Shown here: piece by piece, positions 52,129 to 63,800 of the stretch
How positions within the stretch are numbered: position 1 is the first letter of the stretch
Layout: each line of letters begins with the position of its first letter
DNA from: Macrostomum lignano
Lineage: Eukaryota
Direction: 5' to 3'
Assembly (NCBI GenBank): GCA_002269645.1
Contig: NIVC01001873.1
Span: forward strand, 124,001-188,000
Length of the DNA stretch: 64,000 bases
Translations under genes and position numbers: made by a program
The notes under the pieces: model-generated
Told to the model about the DNA's origin: nothing
The model's database searches: none
The model's input: the letters and a program-made list of their open reading frames with translations, nothing else

Positions 52129-52135
52129 TATAAAA
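52129..52135 (+). promoter_or_regulatory. TATA box of ncRNA copy 2
   Basis: gcTATAAAAggcgg about 40 nt upstream of the start of homology; AATAAA at 53269-53274 just after its end. Confidence 0.55.
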
Positions 52136-52171
52136 GGCGGCAACTCGACCCGCGCTCGAGAGAAAAAGGAG

Positions 52172-53256
52172 CAACAGCATCCCATCTGAGCGCTTCGGTC
52201 TCTGTGGATTCCTTGGCTACCGGCAGATAGGTCCTCTGATTGGTTTGGTGAGAGGCTCTCTTGACCTGCTTAACTGGGTGCACCCTTTGTCTGACCCCTT
52301 CCTAGGTAGTCTGATATGATTTGCACTTTTACTTACTTGCTTTTGTGTGCCAATCTCAAGGCAGAAGTGTCAGTTAATAATAAAAGTAGCCATTTGCTCT
52401 ACTCAATCTAAAGTGTTTAGGATTGCGGATTAAGTGAGAAAGTTAAATCTGGAAGTTAAAGACTTAGCGTTTTCTTTCTTTTTCGCAATGCCAGCTGAGA
52501 TGAGCGGCTAAATCTAGAGGCAGAGGTCACGGTGGACCGGAAGCGGCACAGTTCCCAGTCAATCAGACAATCTAAGAAATCATTGTGTTAAGCATGCAAA
52601 TTAAGAGCCAGACTGGCGTTTTGGCGCGGTCACAGGCAGTTAAGCGGCTAAAGTAAGTTAAATATTAGTCTAACGATCTCCGAAAGTGACAATGCATCTA
52701 CATCATCGCCATCTGTCGACGTGTTAACACATTTAGTGCCAAAAGCGTGCAGTTGCGTGTACTTTTACATGTACTTCTGGGAATTTGGTAATGAAATAGT
52801 ACATTTAGTAGTGTATGAAGGCTCGCCAGCGCAAGAACCCCCCTGCAAAAGTCCTCTCTGTCCCTGTATGGCCAATGCGATCTTAGTCCTAGCAGCATCC
52901 CTTCTATTCGGCTATGACTTCGAGATTTAGACAGCTAAAAGACACTAGATGGCAGGTAAGTGCAGTGCCCCTCTAGTCGGAAGTCTGATTTCGATAGCTC
53001 CGGTTTGGTGAGCCGGGGCGCACGGACTGGTGGCAGCGAGTTAGTTAATCCGCGGGTTAGCTAATTTCTACCTTTCAAATTCTCCCTGCTTGTCTCTCGC
53101 TGTCTTCTCCTAGCTATAGGACCTTGCTGCTCGCCCACAATCTAGCTACCATGAGGCTGACCATCTGACAGGAGTGAGAGGCCAGAGCTCTCAGTGATTC
53201 ATTTCTGAGTTCTGCTGAGGCCCGAAGCTACAGGCTTAAAAAGGCCGAACCCATCA
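52172..53256 (+). ncRNA. Putative structured (possibly spliced) long non-coding RNA, copy 2
   Basis: Diverged paralogue of copy 1 with indels that break any reading frame. Confidence 0.5.
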
Positions 53257-54479
53257 AACTTTAAAATGAATAAAATTATTGTGAACTTTATTGCTTGCGC
53301 GTGAGCATCGATCGCTAATTTGATTCACTTCTTTCCCAATATTTCGTATCTTTCTGCTGCGCCTGCATGCTAATGCTACTGAAACAGCCTTCCTATTCGT
53401 ATTTTATTATTAACTAATTAACTTTCAAGTTTTAAATAAACGAGTTACTTCTTTTACCGTATGCTTGCTTTTAGTAGTATTATACGCGGAGGTTTTTAAA
53501 ATTATTTTCTATTACTTTCTTAGCTTGTAAATCGCTTAGATGAGCTCTGTGATTTCGCTAAAAAGGTGGAAAATCAAAGACAGTGCATTATGGAAGTCTG
53601 TTTTGGAAAAAAGTGCAAGATTTCTGTATTTTCTGTGTTAACTTTAACGGATTAACTCTTATTAACGATTATCAGTTAACTTTCAGTTTACTTAACGAAA
53701 TTAATAGTTAATAAGTTAAGATTTTTTTCTTTTAACGCTTTTGCCATTAACGGAAGTTAAGATTTTCATTAACGGTGCCCAACACTGCAATATTCGTTGT
53801 GGTGACAGATGAATGAATGAATGCGTGATGCGTCCTTGGCTTGGTGAAATGCGCCTTAATTTATTCCATATATATATTTGTATAATCTATTTTTGCAATA
53901 AAAGTAATTAGATATATTATTTAAACTGGATGGACTCGAATTCTGGAACGACTACGCTACCCTAGAACTACCACGGCCGCGCGCCTATAGAAACCAGCTA
54001 ACACCAAACACAGCGCATTCGCGTTTCAAACGATACGAATTAACATACAGTAAAACAATAGTAATAAAGTACGTACAGTAAGTATCGCGGAAAAGAAAAC
54101 ACTACTGAATAAAAAACTGACAAAAATAATTAATAAATAATTTCCAGGAACGCAGGATACATTATAAAAAGTACATACATTCAAATGATGCGTAAAACTT
54201 TACAAGAATTTGTATATCGCTGCACGACAATTAACAACTAACTTGCCAGCAAGCTTGCTTCTTACAAATTTTACGAAAGTCGGTGCGCTTCTTATATCTT
54301 AAGAACCAGGTCCATTCTGTTTCAGTTAAAGTTTAAAATTATTCTTGAAAAATTCGAAGGACCTAATCAACCGCTTCTGCTCTTGTGTAGCTGTAGCTAC
54401 TCATTTTCTATTTCATCCCAGCAATAAACACTGACTTACAGTTGCTAAGGCTAAGCTATCGACTTGATTGAAATCTTAA

Positions 54480-54640
54480 ATGTCTCGTGGTTCAAAGACA
54501 GTTTATGTTGGGAACCTGCCACCTGACGTCCGATCTAAGGACATTCGTGATTTGTTCGACAAATATGGAAACATTCGTGAAATTGATTTAAAAAATAGCA
54601 GGGGACCACCTTTTGCATTTATTGAATTCGATGATGAAAG
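54480..54640 (+). CDS. SRSF1: SR splicing factor SRSF1/SRSF9-like, first coding exon (RRM1 N-half)
   Basis: [53 protein letters not shown]: RNP2 VYVGNL and RNP1 PPFAFIEF as in ASF/SF2. Phase-2 donor AG|gtaatt; upstream acceptor ctgacttacag| at 54441. Too short for the ORF track. Confidence 0.92.
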
Positions 54641-54781
54641 GTAATTTTATTACAAAATGGAAATTATTGTACGTCTAAGCCTAGATGATTATTTGAGTGT
54701 TTGGAGTCCATAAGACTATACCTATAGGTGATCTTCCAGTTTGTTTTGCAGTATTATTCGCTTGTTTATTTTAGTTTAAAA

Positions 54782-55075
54782 TGGTGCATCAATGTAGTGA
54801 AACATCAGAAAACGATACCTACGGCCAAAAGGGATGTGAAATAGAAGCAGACGAGTAACAGTAACAGTTGGGGGGAAGAGGATCTGGTTACAGAGGATAA
54901 TAATGCAACCCCCAATATAGCACAGTGCCAAATGCTGCGTCAGGGTATAGGCGGTGCCACAGAAATTCCTCAGGCAGCCAGTGAAATCAGAATGTCTTTA
55001 ACAGAGCTAGGCCTATTTTGCATCCCTTTTGGCCATAGATATCATTTTCTGATGTGTCATTATGTTGTAGCACCA
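54782..55075. mobile_element. MITE-like element with about 60-bp imperfect TIRs in the SRSF intron
   Basis: tggtgc...acatcagaaaacgatacctacggccaaaagggatg...aatag at the left is mirrored by the reverse complement at 55013-55075. Confidence 0.65.
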
Positions 55076-56518
55076 ATTCAAACTTGAGAATAACATTGCA
55101 AAACAAATTAGAAGATTGCCAATCTATAATATGTACCTGAGTTGCATTTAACTAGGCCTATAACTATATATTGTATTAACTAGGCCTATAAGATGCATTA
55201 TATCTTATAGAGATAGGCATAATAAATAAATATACTTAAAGACTTTAAGTATGGTCCAACAGAGCTAGACTTTTGGATATAAATTAAGTACTTAGGTCTA
55301 GTCAAGTTTTTTGACAAGTTGAGTAAGGCTTTTCTAGTTTTTTAAATGCAATCATAAGAATAGGGCCCAATGACTATTTTCATATAGTTTGTTATTTTAT
55401 AGTTAATATAATAGGCTTACTACTTACTGGCAATCTCCAAGTTTGTTGCATTAAACTATATTTCAGTTTTTTTCATATAAAGATAGTTGCAACAGGTGGA
55501 ATACAAGGGTGCAAGCATGCAGCCCATTTTGGTAAAGTTTTTTTTTGAAAGATGCTCCAGCCAAAGTGAATTTTTAATTTGCATAAATGGACATTTTGGC
55601 AAAAGAAAGTGACCAGTTTGGTGAAAAGATAGACTATTTATAATTGTAAATATACCACTAATTGGTGATTATAGCTTTTAATAAATTATTCATTGCCCAC
55701 CTTGCATATATTTGCAGTTTGTATATTAAAAAACTTACAACTTAGCTAGTAGCTATGTTATGTATATATACAAAGTGCAATAAATGGATTAGTTATTAGA
55801 TGTCATTGTCTTTTTGTTCATTTCTAAATTGTACTTAGAAATCCTACCATAAGGGTAATGTGGCATATGCATGCTAGAATTAAATTTGGGAAGAGGCCCC
55901 TAGGCCCTATGTACACCAAGTATGCCAAAAATTGGAAATTTGATTGTCATATATGCCAAAATTTAAAAATTATACAACTTTACTTTTGTGCTGCAACAAT
56001 AAATGACCTTTTTCCATTTTTGCATTTGATATTTGTATTTACATTATAACAAAATAAGTGTTGTGTCTATTTTTCCTTTATAATAACTTGCATTTAGGCG
56101 AAGTCTTAGTATATAAATTATTTTAAATAGCATTATCACATTCTATTAACATTATTTTTCTTTTCATTTGCACTCCCATCATCTTTTAACCACAACCTTT
56201 TTATTTGAATTGTTGATACAGTTTTTGTTACAGAAACTAAAGATACTTACATTTTCAAATAGCTTTGTATGCCACTTTCTTGTATGCCAAATGTATGCTA
56301 ACTAAACTATTGAGGGGCCAATGCAGGTTAGAATTTTCAAGCAAAAAGGCCACTTTCCTGAGTATGGCATAAGGGAACAACACCTAAGAAAACAACATTT
56401 TACAAATAAAATAACAAAATTGTCATAGAATAAAAAACATATCCTAATAAATGTCTTTATAAAGTCTATCTTTTTATTTAGAAAGCTTAATATCAACATT
56501 TGAATATGATTGCAATTT

Positions 56519-56571
56519 CTAACAACTTCAACGCATTTCGCACGCCATGGTGCATCGTCAGGATTTTATTA
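56519..56571 (-). ncRNA. Minimal type I hammerhead ribozyme in the Penelope 3' repeat
   Basis: CUGACGA, stem II (GCAC/GUGC, loop CAUGGC), GAAA, self-complementary AUGCGU stem III, UU cleavage context, and stem I with an internal loop. Confidence 0.75.
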
Positions 56572-56917
56572 TAACGATTTGAGAAATTGAGATTGAAAGC
56601 AATTGATTAAATATTGGTTTTTGCAACGTACACAGGTAAGGAGGGTAAGATTGAAAACAATTGATTACAACTTGGCTTTAACAACATACATAGGTATAGT
56701 AGGTAGGAGAGAGAATTATAGATTGAGATTGAAAGTTAAACCAAATGTACACAATCCTTGTCCAGTGGTCAAAAGGCAAAATCAGGGGCGGTAGCTTAAG
56801 TAATTGAACGTCAAGCTAAGTGTACACAGCGTGCACAACTGTGTCATTCACTGTTCAGAAAATGTGGAGAATGTGACCTACACCACTATGTTGTAATTGG
56901 GTGTTGAGATTTGGGGT

Positions 56918-57912
56918 CTAAGCTTTTATGTGCAGGGCCTCGAGAATTCTAAGTTTGGCATCAGTATGGCTTTGGTCAATGATTTTAAAGTGTTCTTCTT
57001 GTTTGCAGTCATTGCAGTTAGTGCATTCAAGGAGGTGAGTTTGTATAGCAGATGGTTTGAGCCAGTGTTCCCTGATCCTCGTGTGTAGGTGTCTTGGTTT
57101 TCCCCATGTAGGAGACGCTCTGCGGCTCTGGTCCACAGAGCAGTTAAATTGGTAGACAACACCTGCACACAGAGTACAAGGAACACGCGACTTTAATCTG
57201 CTAACAAAGTTCCCAATCTTGTTCGTGTGGAAGATGACCCGGATGTTACAATTGAAAGAGGCAAAGAATAACCTACGCATTCTGTTTTTAAAGGCTAGAG
57301 ATGGAGGTCCAAGGAAGGGGAGATGCAGAATGGGTTCAAATTCTTCAGTGGTAACAGATTGCTCAGGTTTTTGTTTGGTGATTTTGTCCGAGATGAACTT
57401 GTTGATGATTTTTTGAACCAGACAAATGGGGTAGTCATTTTCATGGAACAGTCTGGTGAGGAACTGCACCTCCCGGTCAAAGTTGATCCAGGTGTTACAG
57501 GTAGTGAAAGCTCTATGGAGCAAACACCTCACGAGCCCAGTTTTCCATTGTCTGGGGCAAGTGGCTTGGAAGTTGAGAATGAGATTGGTAAAGCTTTTCT
57601 TATGGAAGACTTTTGTGGAGAGGGTTTCCTTACTGTAGTCAATGTCAATGTCCAGGAAGGGGAGTCTTTGGTCAACAGCATGTTCAACCGTGAATTTTAT
57701 GTTCTTATGAGTGGAGTTGAGAGCGTGGAGGAACTGATCAATTTTTTGCTCCTGATCAAAGATGGCAAACATATTGTCGACGTAGCGCCTGTAGAATTTG
57801 GGGGCACAGTTGAGAGACATCCAGTTTTCAGTTTCCCAGTGGGCCAAGCAGACATTCGCCAGAGTGGGGGCCAAGGGGCTTCCCATGGCATAGCCATCAA
57901 CTTGCCTATAGT
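56918..57912 (-). pseudogene. Penelope-like RT (domains 5-7, thumb) and GIY-YIG endonuclease, decayed
   Basis: YRQVDGYAMGSPLAPTLAN, RRYVDN (YVDD variant), LPFLDI, VFHKK..., and GVVYQFNC...HTRIREH. The YMG half-motif is displaced by frameshifts, and there is a premature TAG in EALHIKA*TPNLNTQ. Confidence 0.9.
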
Positions 57913-58443
57913 ATAACTTGCCTAACTTGCCTAACTTTCAATCTCAATCAGTAATTCTCTCTCCTACCTACTGTACCTATGTATGTTGTTAAAGCCAAGT
58001 TGTAATCAATTGTTTTCAATCTTACCCTCCTTACCTGTGTACGTTGCAAAAAAACCAATATTTAATTAATTGCTTTCAATCTCAATTTCTCAAATCGTTA
58101 TAATAAAATCCTGACAATGCACCATGGCGTGCGAAATGCGTTGAAGTTGTTAGAAATTGCAATCATATTCAAAATTCAAATGTTGATATTAAGCTTTCTA
58201 TTTATTCTTCCCGCCAAGCAAGCAACTCTACCAGCATTCTATCTTTTTATTTTAAATTTTTATAAAACAATAGGAATTCTTTACTTTTTGCCAAAGCTTA
58301 GAATTATCTCTACAAATCATTTACCAAAATAGCCAGCTTTAGATGAAATGGTCATTGCAAAAGTATTTTTTGCCAATATTGACTTTTGCCAAAAATTCCT
58401 TTGCCAAAGTGGTTTGAAACCAAATGTGTAGCAACATGCTTGG

Positions 58444-58599
58444 GCGCAACCTAGGGATTCACCTAGCCATTTCTATTGGCAACACACACACATAAGTCGC
58501 TATTGGACAGAATAGTAGTCACATGACTGCTCTTAGCCAATAGCGGCTTATATGTGTGTGATGCCAATAGAAATGGCCAAGTGATTCCCAAAGTTGCGC
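58444..58599. repeat. 156-bp fold-back (palindromic) element
   Basis: gcgcaac...ccatttctattggca...ataagtcgctattgg is mirrored by ccaatagcggcttat...tgccaatagaaatgg...gttgcgc, with a palindromic centre gtagtcacatgactgc. Confidence 0.8.
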
Positions 58600-59029
58600 A
58601 TGTATGAATAGCAAGCATATTGTAAGTGTTATTATCAAATAAGTATTATATTAGTTAATAGTAATAGTAATAATAGTAAGCCATCTAGTACAAGAAGTTT
58701 CCAAAACCTTTCTTAAAATAGGTGGTATCATAATGGCCAAATAGCAAATAGTTGACATCTCGTTGATATCCTATTGACATCTTATCCAATAGCATACATG
58801 CCCAACACCTGTCCAACCTGTCTGAACTAGATAGTTGAAATGGCCACCAGCTAAGGTAAGTTGCAAAATTAAAAATGCAAAAAAAACAAAAAATTGGAGA
58901 AAGAAAAAAAGGAGAAGAAGAGAAAAGGAAAAGAAAGAAGGGAGAAGAAAAAGAGGGGAAAGAGGAAAGAAAAAGAGAAGAAAAGAGAAAAAGGCAAGAA
59001 AAGTCATATACAATATGAAAATTAAATCC

Positions 59030-59140
59030 CAATCAGGGAACTAAGTTGCAATTAGGAGGAACTAAGTTGCAGTTAGGAGGAACTAAGTTGCAGTTAGGAG
59101 GAACTAAGTCACAATTGGGAGGAACTAAGTTGCAATTGGG
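59030..59140. repeat. 21-bp minisatellite (ggaggaactaagttgcagtta)
   Basis: About 5 copies. Confidence 0.88.
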
Positions 59141-59548
59141 AGATTTTTCTGCCTGTTGTCTAGGCATTGCAATAGTGTATCTAGGCATTATATATATGGC
59201 AAATTTTCTAAGGCATGATACATAGAAGGCTCCAATTTGTGTGCAGCACAATGGTGTTAGAAGAAATTGTTTCTTGCCCATGGTTTTAGTAAACTTGTAA
59301 GTCCAACTTGACTTCCTGTCATCATAGATGCTTTATCTGTTGTAACAGCCCATAGTCTTATGAAACAACTGTCATAATACTATCTTAAGTAAATAAATCT
59401 TTTATCATACAATGCTTTGTCTTATTTCTGACTGACAGTTGCTTAAATCTATAGAAGTACATTATTAGTTTGCTCTTCTCAAGCATCCAGAAGTATATCA
59501 TTAGGTAACTGTTTATATTACTATATATCTTTTTCTTGGAGGACTCAC

Positions 59549-60106
59549 TTCTTTGGCCATCAGTCTCAGTCTCCAAATCTGAGTCCAAATGAATGGCTGT
59601 ATGTGATCGTTGGATCTGGGCTTCAGTATCAGCATCAATTGATAAGCAACATTCTATAGCAATATATTCAACATGAGCATTGCGCCATCGTACAAATTCT
59701 GTCTCAAGACATCTAGTTTCTTCATTCATTTCAAAAGCAGCTTTTCTTTCAGCTGACATTACTCGAGAAGAGCAATATGTGTGGGTTGTTACATCTGCAC
59801 TATGAATCTCAATTTTTCCATTCTGCACAGCTAGATCTCTTTTAGAAGCAACAACCTCTAGATTTTGCATTGCCATTAACAGTCTCTCTCTGTGTGAGCT
59901 TGCTGAACATTGGGATGGTGGTGTTTCTAGTTTCCTTGAATGCACTGCAGCTGCACCATCAACTGATCCCTGGGCTGCACTTAAGATTGTTGGTAAATTT
60001 TCTTCTACATGTAATATCAAATGTGTACTAGAACAATCATCAACTTCTCTAGAAGTTATACAACCAACTTTCCATTGTGTAAAGAGCAATAGCTTTTGCT
60101 CTTCAG
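59549..60106 (-). CDS. Orphan internal coding exon (186 codons, phase 1-1), unknown protein
   Basis: Stop-free non-repetitive frame bounded by a strong acceptor ctctttctgcag| and donor A|gtgagt; length 558 = 3 x 186. No partner exon identified. Confidence 0.55.
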
Positions 60107-61126
60107 CTGCAGAAAGAGGGCACTGGTTGATAGAATAGTCTTCATGGCCTTTTCATCCCATTCACATGCAGGATTCAGTATATAGTCAGGTGTAGGTCTA
60201 TCTTTAAGTTAAGTATATAATGACTCGAGGAATATACACCTATATATATGAGTGCACAGTGTACATATACAAGTTAGTCTGTCACATACAGTACAGTATG
60301 TAGAGTGTAATCTACAGGGTATAGGCTACAGTGCAGTTTAGTACTGCAGTCTGCAATGCTGCATAAGTTGAATGATAAATCAATTGGGAAAGAGAGTGAG
60401 GGCAGGAGAAAGGGAAGAGAAATGAGGTACTTCCATTCTTCAATAAGCACAAGCATGCAAGGCATGCTACCCCCCCCCCCCCCCCCCCAGTCCTTCAGTG
60501 TGGTGGCACATAGATAAGTCACAAATCTGGACAAAACTATGTTGCACTGGATGGGTGAAATTTTGAGGTTAAGCATGTATGTCTAACAGTGCAAGCTTTT
60601 ATAGGTTAAGGCTAATATCAATAAGCTTGGTAGTCAGCCTCCGGTTGGCTTTAGGCCATTGCAAAGTTGGCTAATTTAAATGTATGATGTACATTCATTA
60701 CATATGGCAAAGTTCTGTTGAATTGACTGATTAGATAAGATAAGCATTTTGACTTGTCATTGTGTCTATGTAAAAGTTCTTTATAATGGCTTTAAGAAAT
60801 CAGACAGAAATAAGTCTCATTTATATGGCCTTTGGGTGTAGCCTAGCTAATGCATTTATTTTTCATTAAATGAATTTTCAATATATAAAGAATAGTTCAA
60901 TTTAACAAAATATATTACATTTTAAACATATTTATATAGTACGAGGCCAACTCCTCCGTTGGAGGAGAAAGGGGAAGAACTCCCATCATCGGAATCCATC
61001 AGCTGAATCCTATGACCCGAATCCCATCATCCAAGGTCTCTCTAAAATCCATCAAATTCCTCTCCATGAAACAGAAATCCATTAAAATCCTCTCTTTTAA
61101 ACAGATTTTTATTCATAAAAACTCTC

Positions 61127-61830
61127 TCAGTCAAACAGATATTGATCAAAACTCTCCGTGAAACAGAAATCCATTAAAATCCTCTTCGTGAAACAGAACT
61201 CCATCAGAATCCTCTCCGTGAAACAGAACTCCATCAGAATCCTCTCCGTGAAACAGAACTCCATCAGAATCCTCTCCGTGAAACAGAACTCTATCAGAAT
61301 CCTCTCCGTGAAACAGAACTCCATCAAAATCCTCTCCGTGAAACTTAAATCCATCAAAATCCTCTCCATGAAACTTAAATCCATCAAAATCCTCTCCGTG
61401 AAACTTAAATCCATCAAAATCCTCTCCATGAAACTTAAATCCATCAGAATCCTCTCCATGAAACTTAAATCCATCAAAATCCTCTCCATGAAACTTAAAT
61501 CCATCAAAATCCTCTCCATGAAACTTAAATCCATCAAAATCCTCTCCATGAAACTTAAATCCATCAGAATCCTCTCCGTGAAACTTAAATCCATCAGAAT
61601 CCTCTCCGTGAAACTTAAATCCATCAAAATCCTCTCCGTGAAACTTAAATCCATCAGAATCCTCTCCGTGAAACTTAAATCCATCAAAATCCTCTCCATG
61701 AAACTTAAATCCATCAGAATCCTCTCCATGAAACTTAAATCCATCAAAATCCTCTCCGTGAAACTTAAATCCATCAGAATCCTCTCCATGAAACTTAAAT
61801 CCATCAAAATCCTCTCCGTGAAACCGATAT
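61127..61830. repeat. 30-bp minisatellite (aaaatcctctccgtgaaacttaaatccatc)
   Basis: Directly visible; two sub-variants arranged in blocks. Confidence 0.95.
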
Positions 61831-61989
61831 TCATCAAAATTCACTGTTGAACGAATATCTATCAATTATCTCCTTCAAGCAAAAATCCATCAATTTAATT
61901 AACAGACTCTGTTAAATTGGAGTGTATTAAAAACGCTTTCTAATTGTCTGGCTTAAATATATGCAAAGAAAAGGATTCAGTGGTTAGGG

Positions 61990-63800
61990 TTAGGGTTAGA
62001 GCTGCACAGTGTTGAAAGGCACCGATAATAAAAAAAATGAATCTATCTAAATCTAAATTTATTAAATCTAAAATTAAGCAATCTAAATCAACCCTCTAAT
62101 ACACAGCAGCAGTGAGAAGTTGAACCCTCCCCCCAACAATCTTTGCAGATTAAAGTACAATCTTTGCAGAAAGTTAAAAGTATGGAAATCGTTTTTCAAA
62201 TGCTTTCCTTTTCTTTTCATATTTAAAGCAAACAACTTATATCCCCGAACTCAGCGTTGCAAGATCTTGCCAGCAATGTAAGATTCTCCTCTCAAAGTTT
62301 AAAACTCGAGGAACAGTTAGCGTTTGAAACTGTCTGATTTATAGCATTGAAGTATCGAGTGTACGTTCACTGCCTGCTTGCAAGATGATGCATTGAATTT
62401 CAATGTCCAACAAATACACAGGACTGCCCATTGAAAGGCAGGAAAACTTATCAGTAGCCATATCATTGCGCAATTATCTATAAAGTCAGCCAGTGAGCCA
62501 GGGTCCAAGTGTACACACGCAGCCACTGAGAACGCTCCCACCCCCCACTGGAAAGAAAATACACTACAGAGATAGGGAAAGGTTGTGGCGCAATCACTAA
62601 AAATTCATGCATTTTCAGCTCCAAGCAGAAAGAGGGGACAATTAAGATTATCAAAGGTCAAGATTCAAGTTTTCTGCTTTTTTGAGGATCTTAGAAATAA
62701 AAATTTCAGAATTAAAATAGCCTATAGCCGACCTCGGATAATTTCCAATCTTCCCATATAAGTTTCAACGCTGAGTTGGCACTATTCAAGGAGGAGTTGT
62801 CGAAATGACAGACAGACATACAGACAGACATACAGACAGACAAACAACGCGTCAACTTTAGTATAGATAGAGAGAGGGTTAGAACTACGCACAGCTTCAT
62901 GTTAAAAGGCACTGATAAAAATATTGAACTAATTGAATCAATTCATTGCGCAACCGATTTCACAGTCAGTCAGTATCAGTCTCAGTTAAAGTTAACAAAA
63001 ACATTGCGCAATCTAAATCAACCCTCCAATACACAGCAGCTGTGAGAAGTTGAACCCTCCCCCAACTTTATCTATTCCGTCCCGCAAAACTGAGTACAAT
63101 TTTTGCAAAAAGTTAAAAAGTATGGAAATAGTTTTTTAAATGCTGTGCTTTTTCTTTTCATATTTAAAGCAAACAACTTACATCCCCGAACTCAGCGTTG
63201 CAAGATCTTTCCAACAATATAAGTTTCTCCTATCAAAGTTTTATAACTCGAGGAACAGTTAGCGTTTAAAGCTGCCTGATTTATAGCATTGAAGTATCGA
63301 GTGTACGTTCACTGCCTGCTTGCAAGTTGATGCATTGAATTTCAATGTCCAACAAATACACAGGGCTGCCCATTGAAAGGCAGGAAAACTTATCAGTAGC
63401 TATATCATTGCGCAATTATCTATACAGTCAGCCAGTGAGCCAGGGTCCAAGTGTACACACGCAGCCACTGAGAACGCTCCCACCCCCCACTGGAGAGAAA
63501 ATACAGTACAGAGATAGGGAAAAGTTGTGGCGCAATCACAAAAAATTCATGCATTTTTCAGCTCCAAGCAGAAAGAGGGGACAATTAAGATTATCAAAGG
63601 TCAAGATTCAAGTTTTCTGCTTTTTGAGGATCTTAGAAATTAAAATTTCAGAATTAAAATAGCCTATAGCCGACCTCGGATAATTTCCTATCTTCCCATA
63701 TAAGTTTCAACGCTGAGTTGGCACTATTCAAGGAGGAGTTGTCGAAATGACAGACAGACATACAGACAGACAAACAACGCGTCAACTTTAGTATATAGAG
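61990..63800. mobile_element. Head-to-tail pair of about 0.9-kb repeats, possibly non-autonomous Helitron/Helentron-like
   Basis: About 61990-62870 and about 62876-63800 are highly similar. Each starts near gggttag and ends with a (GACA)n tract and caactttagtata(ta)ga. The duplication is certain; the class is a guess. Confidence 0.5.

Larger units (their letters stand above)
56479..58200 (-). mobile_element. 5'-truncated Penelope-like element with inverted about 260-bp terminal (pLTR-like) repeats
   Basis: RT and GIY-YIG remnant flanked by 56479-56738 and its near-identical reverse complement 57932-58200. Confidence 0.9.

Noticed and set aside
61983-61999. TTAGGG repeats as an interstitial telomere
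   Set aside because: Only about 2.5 units, at the edge of a repeat element.
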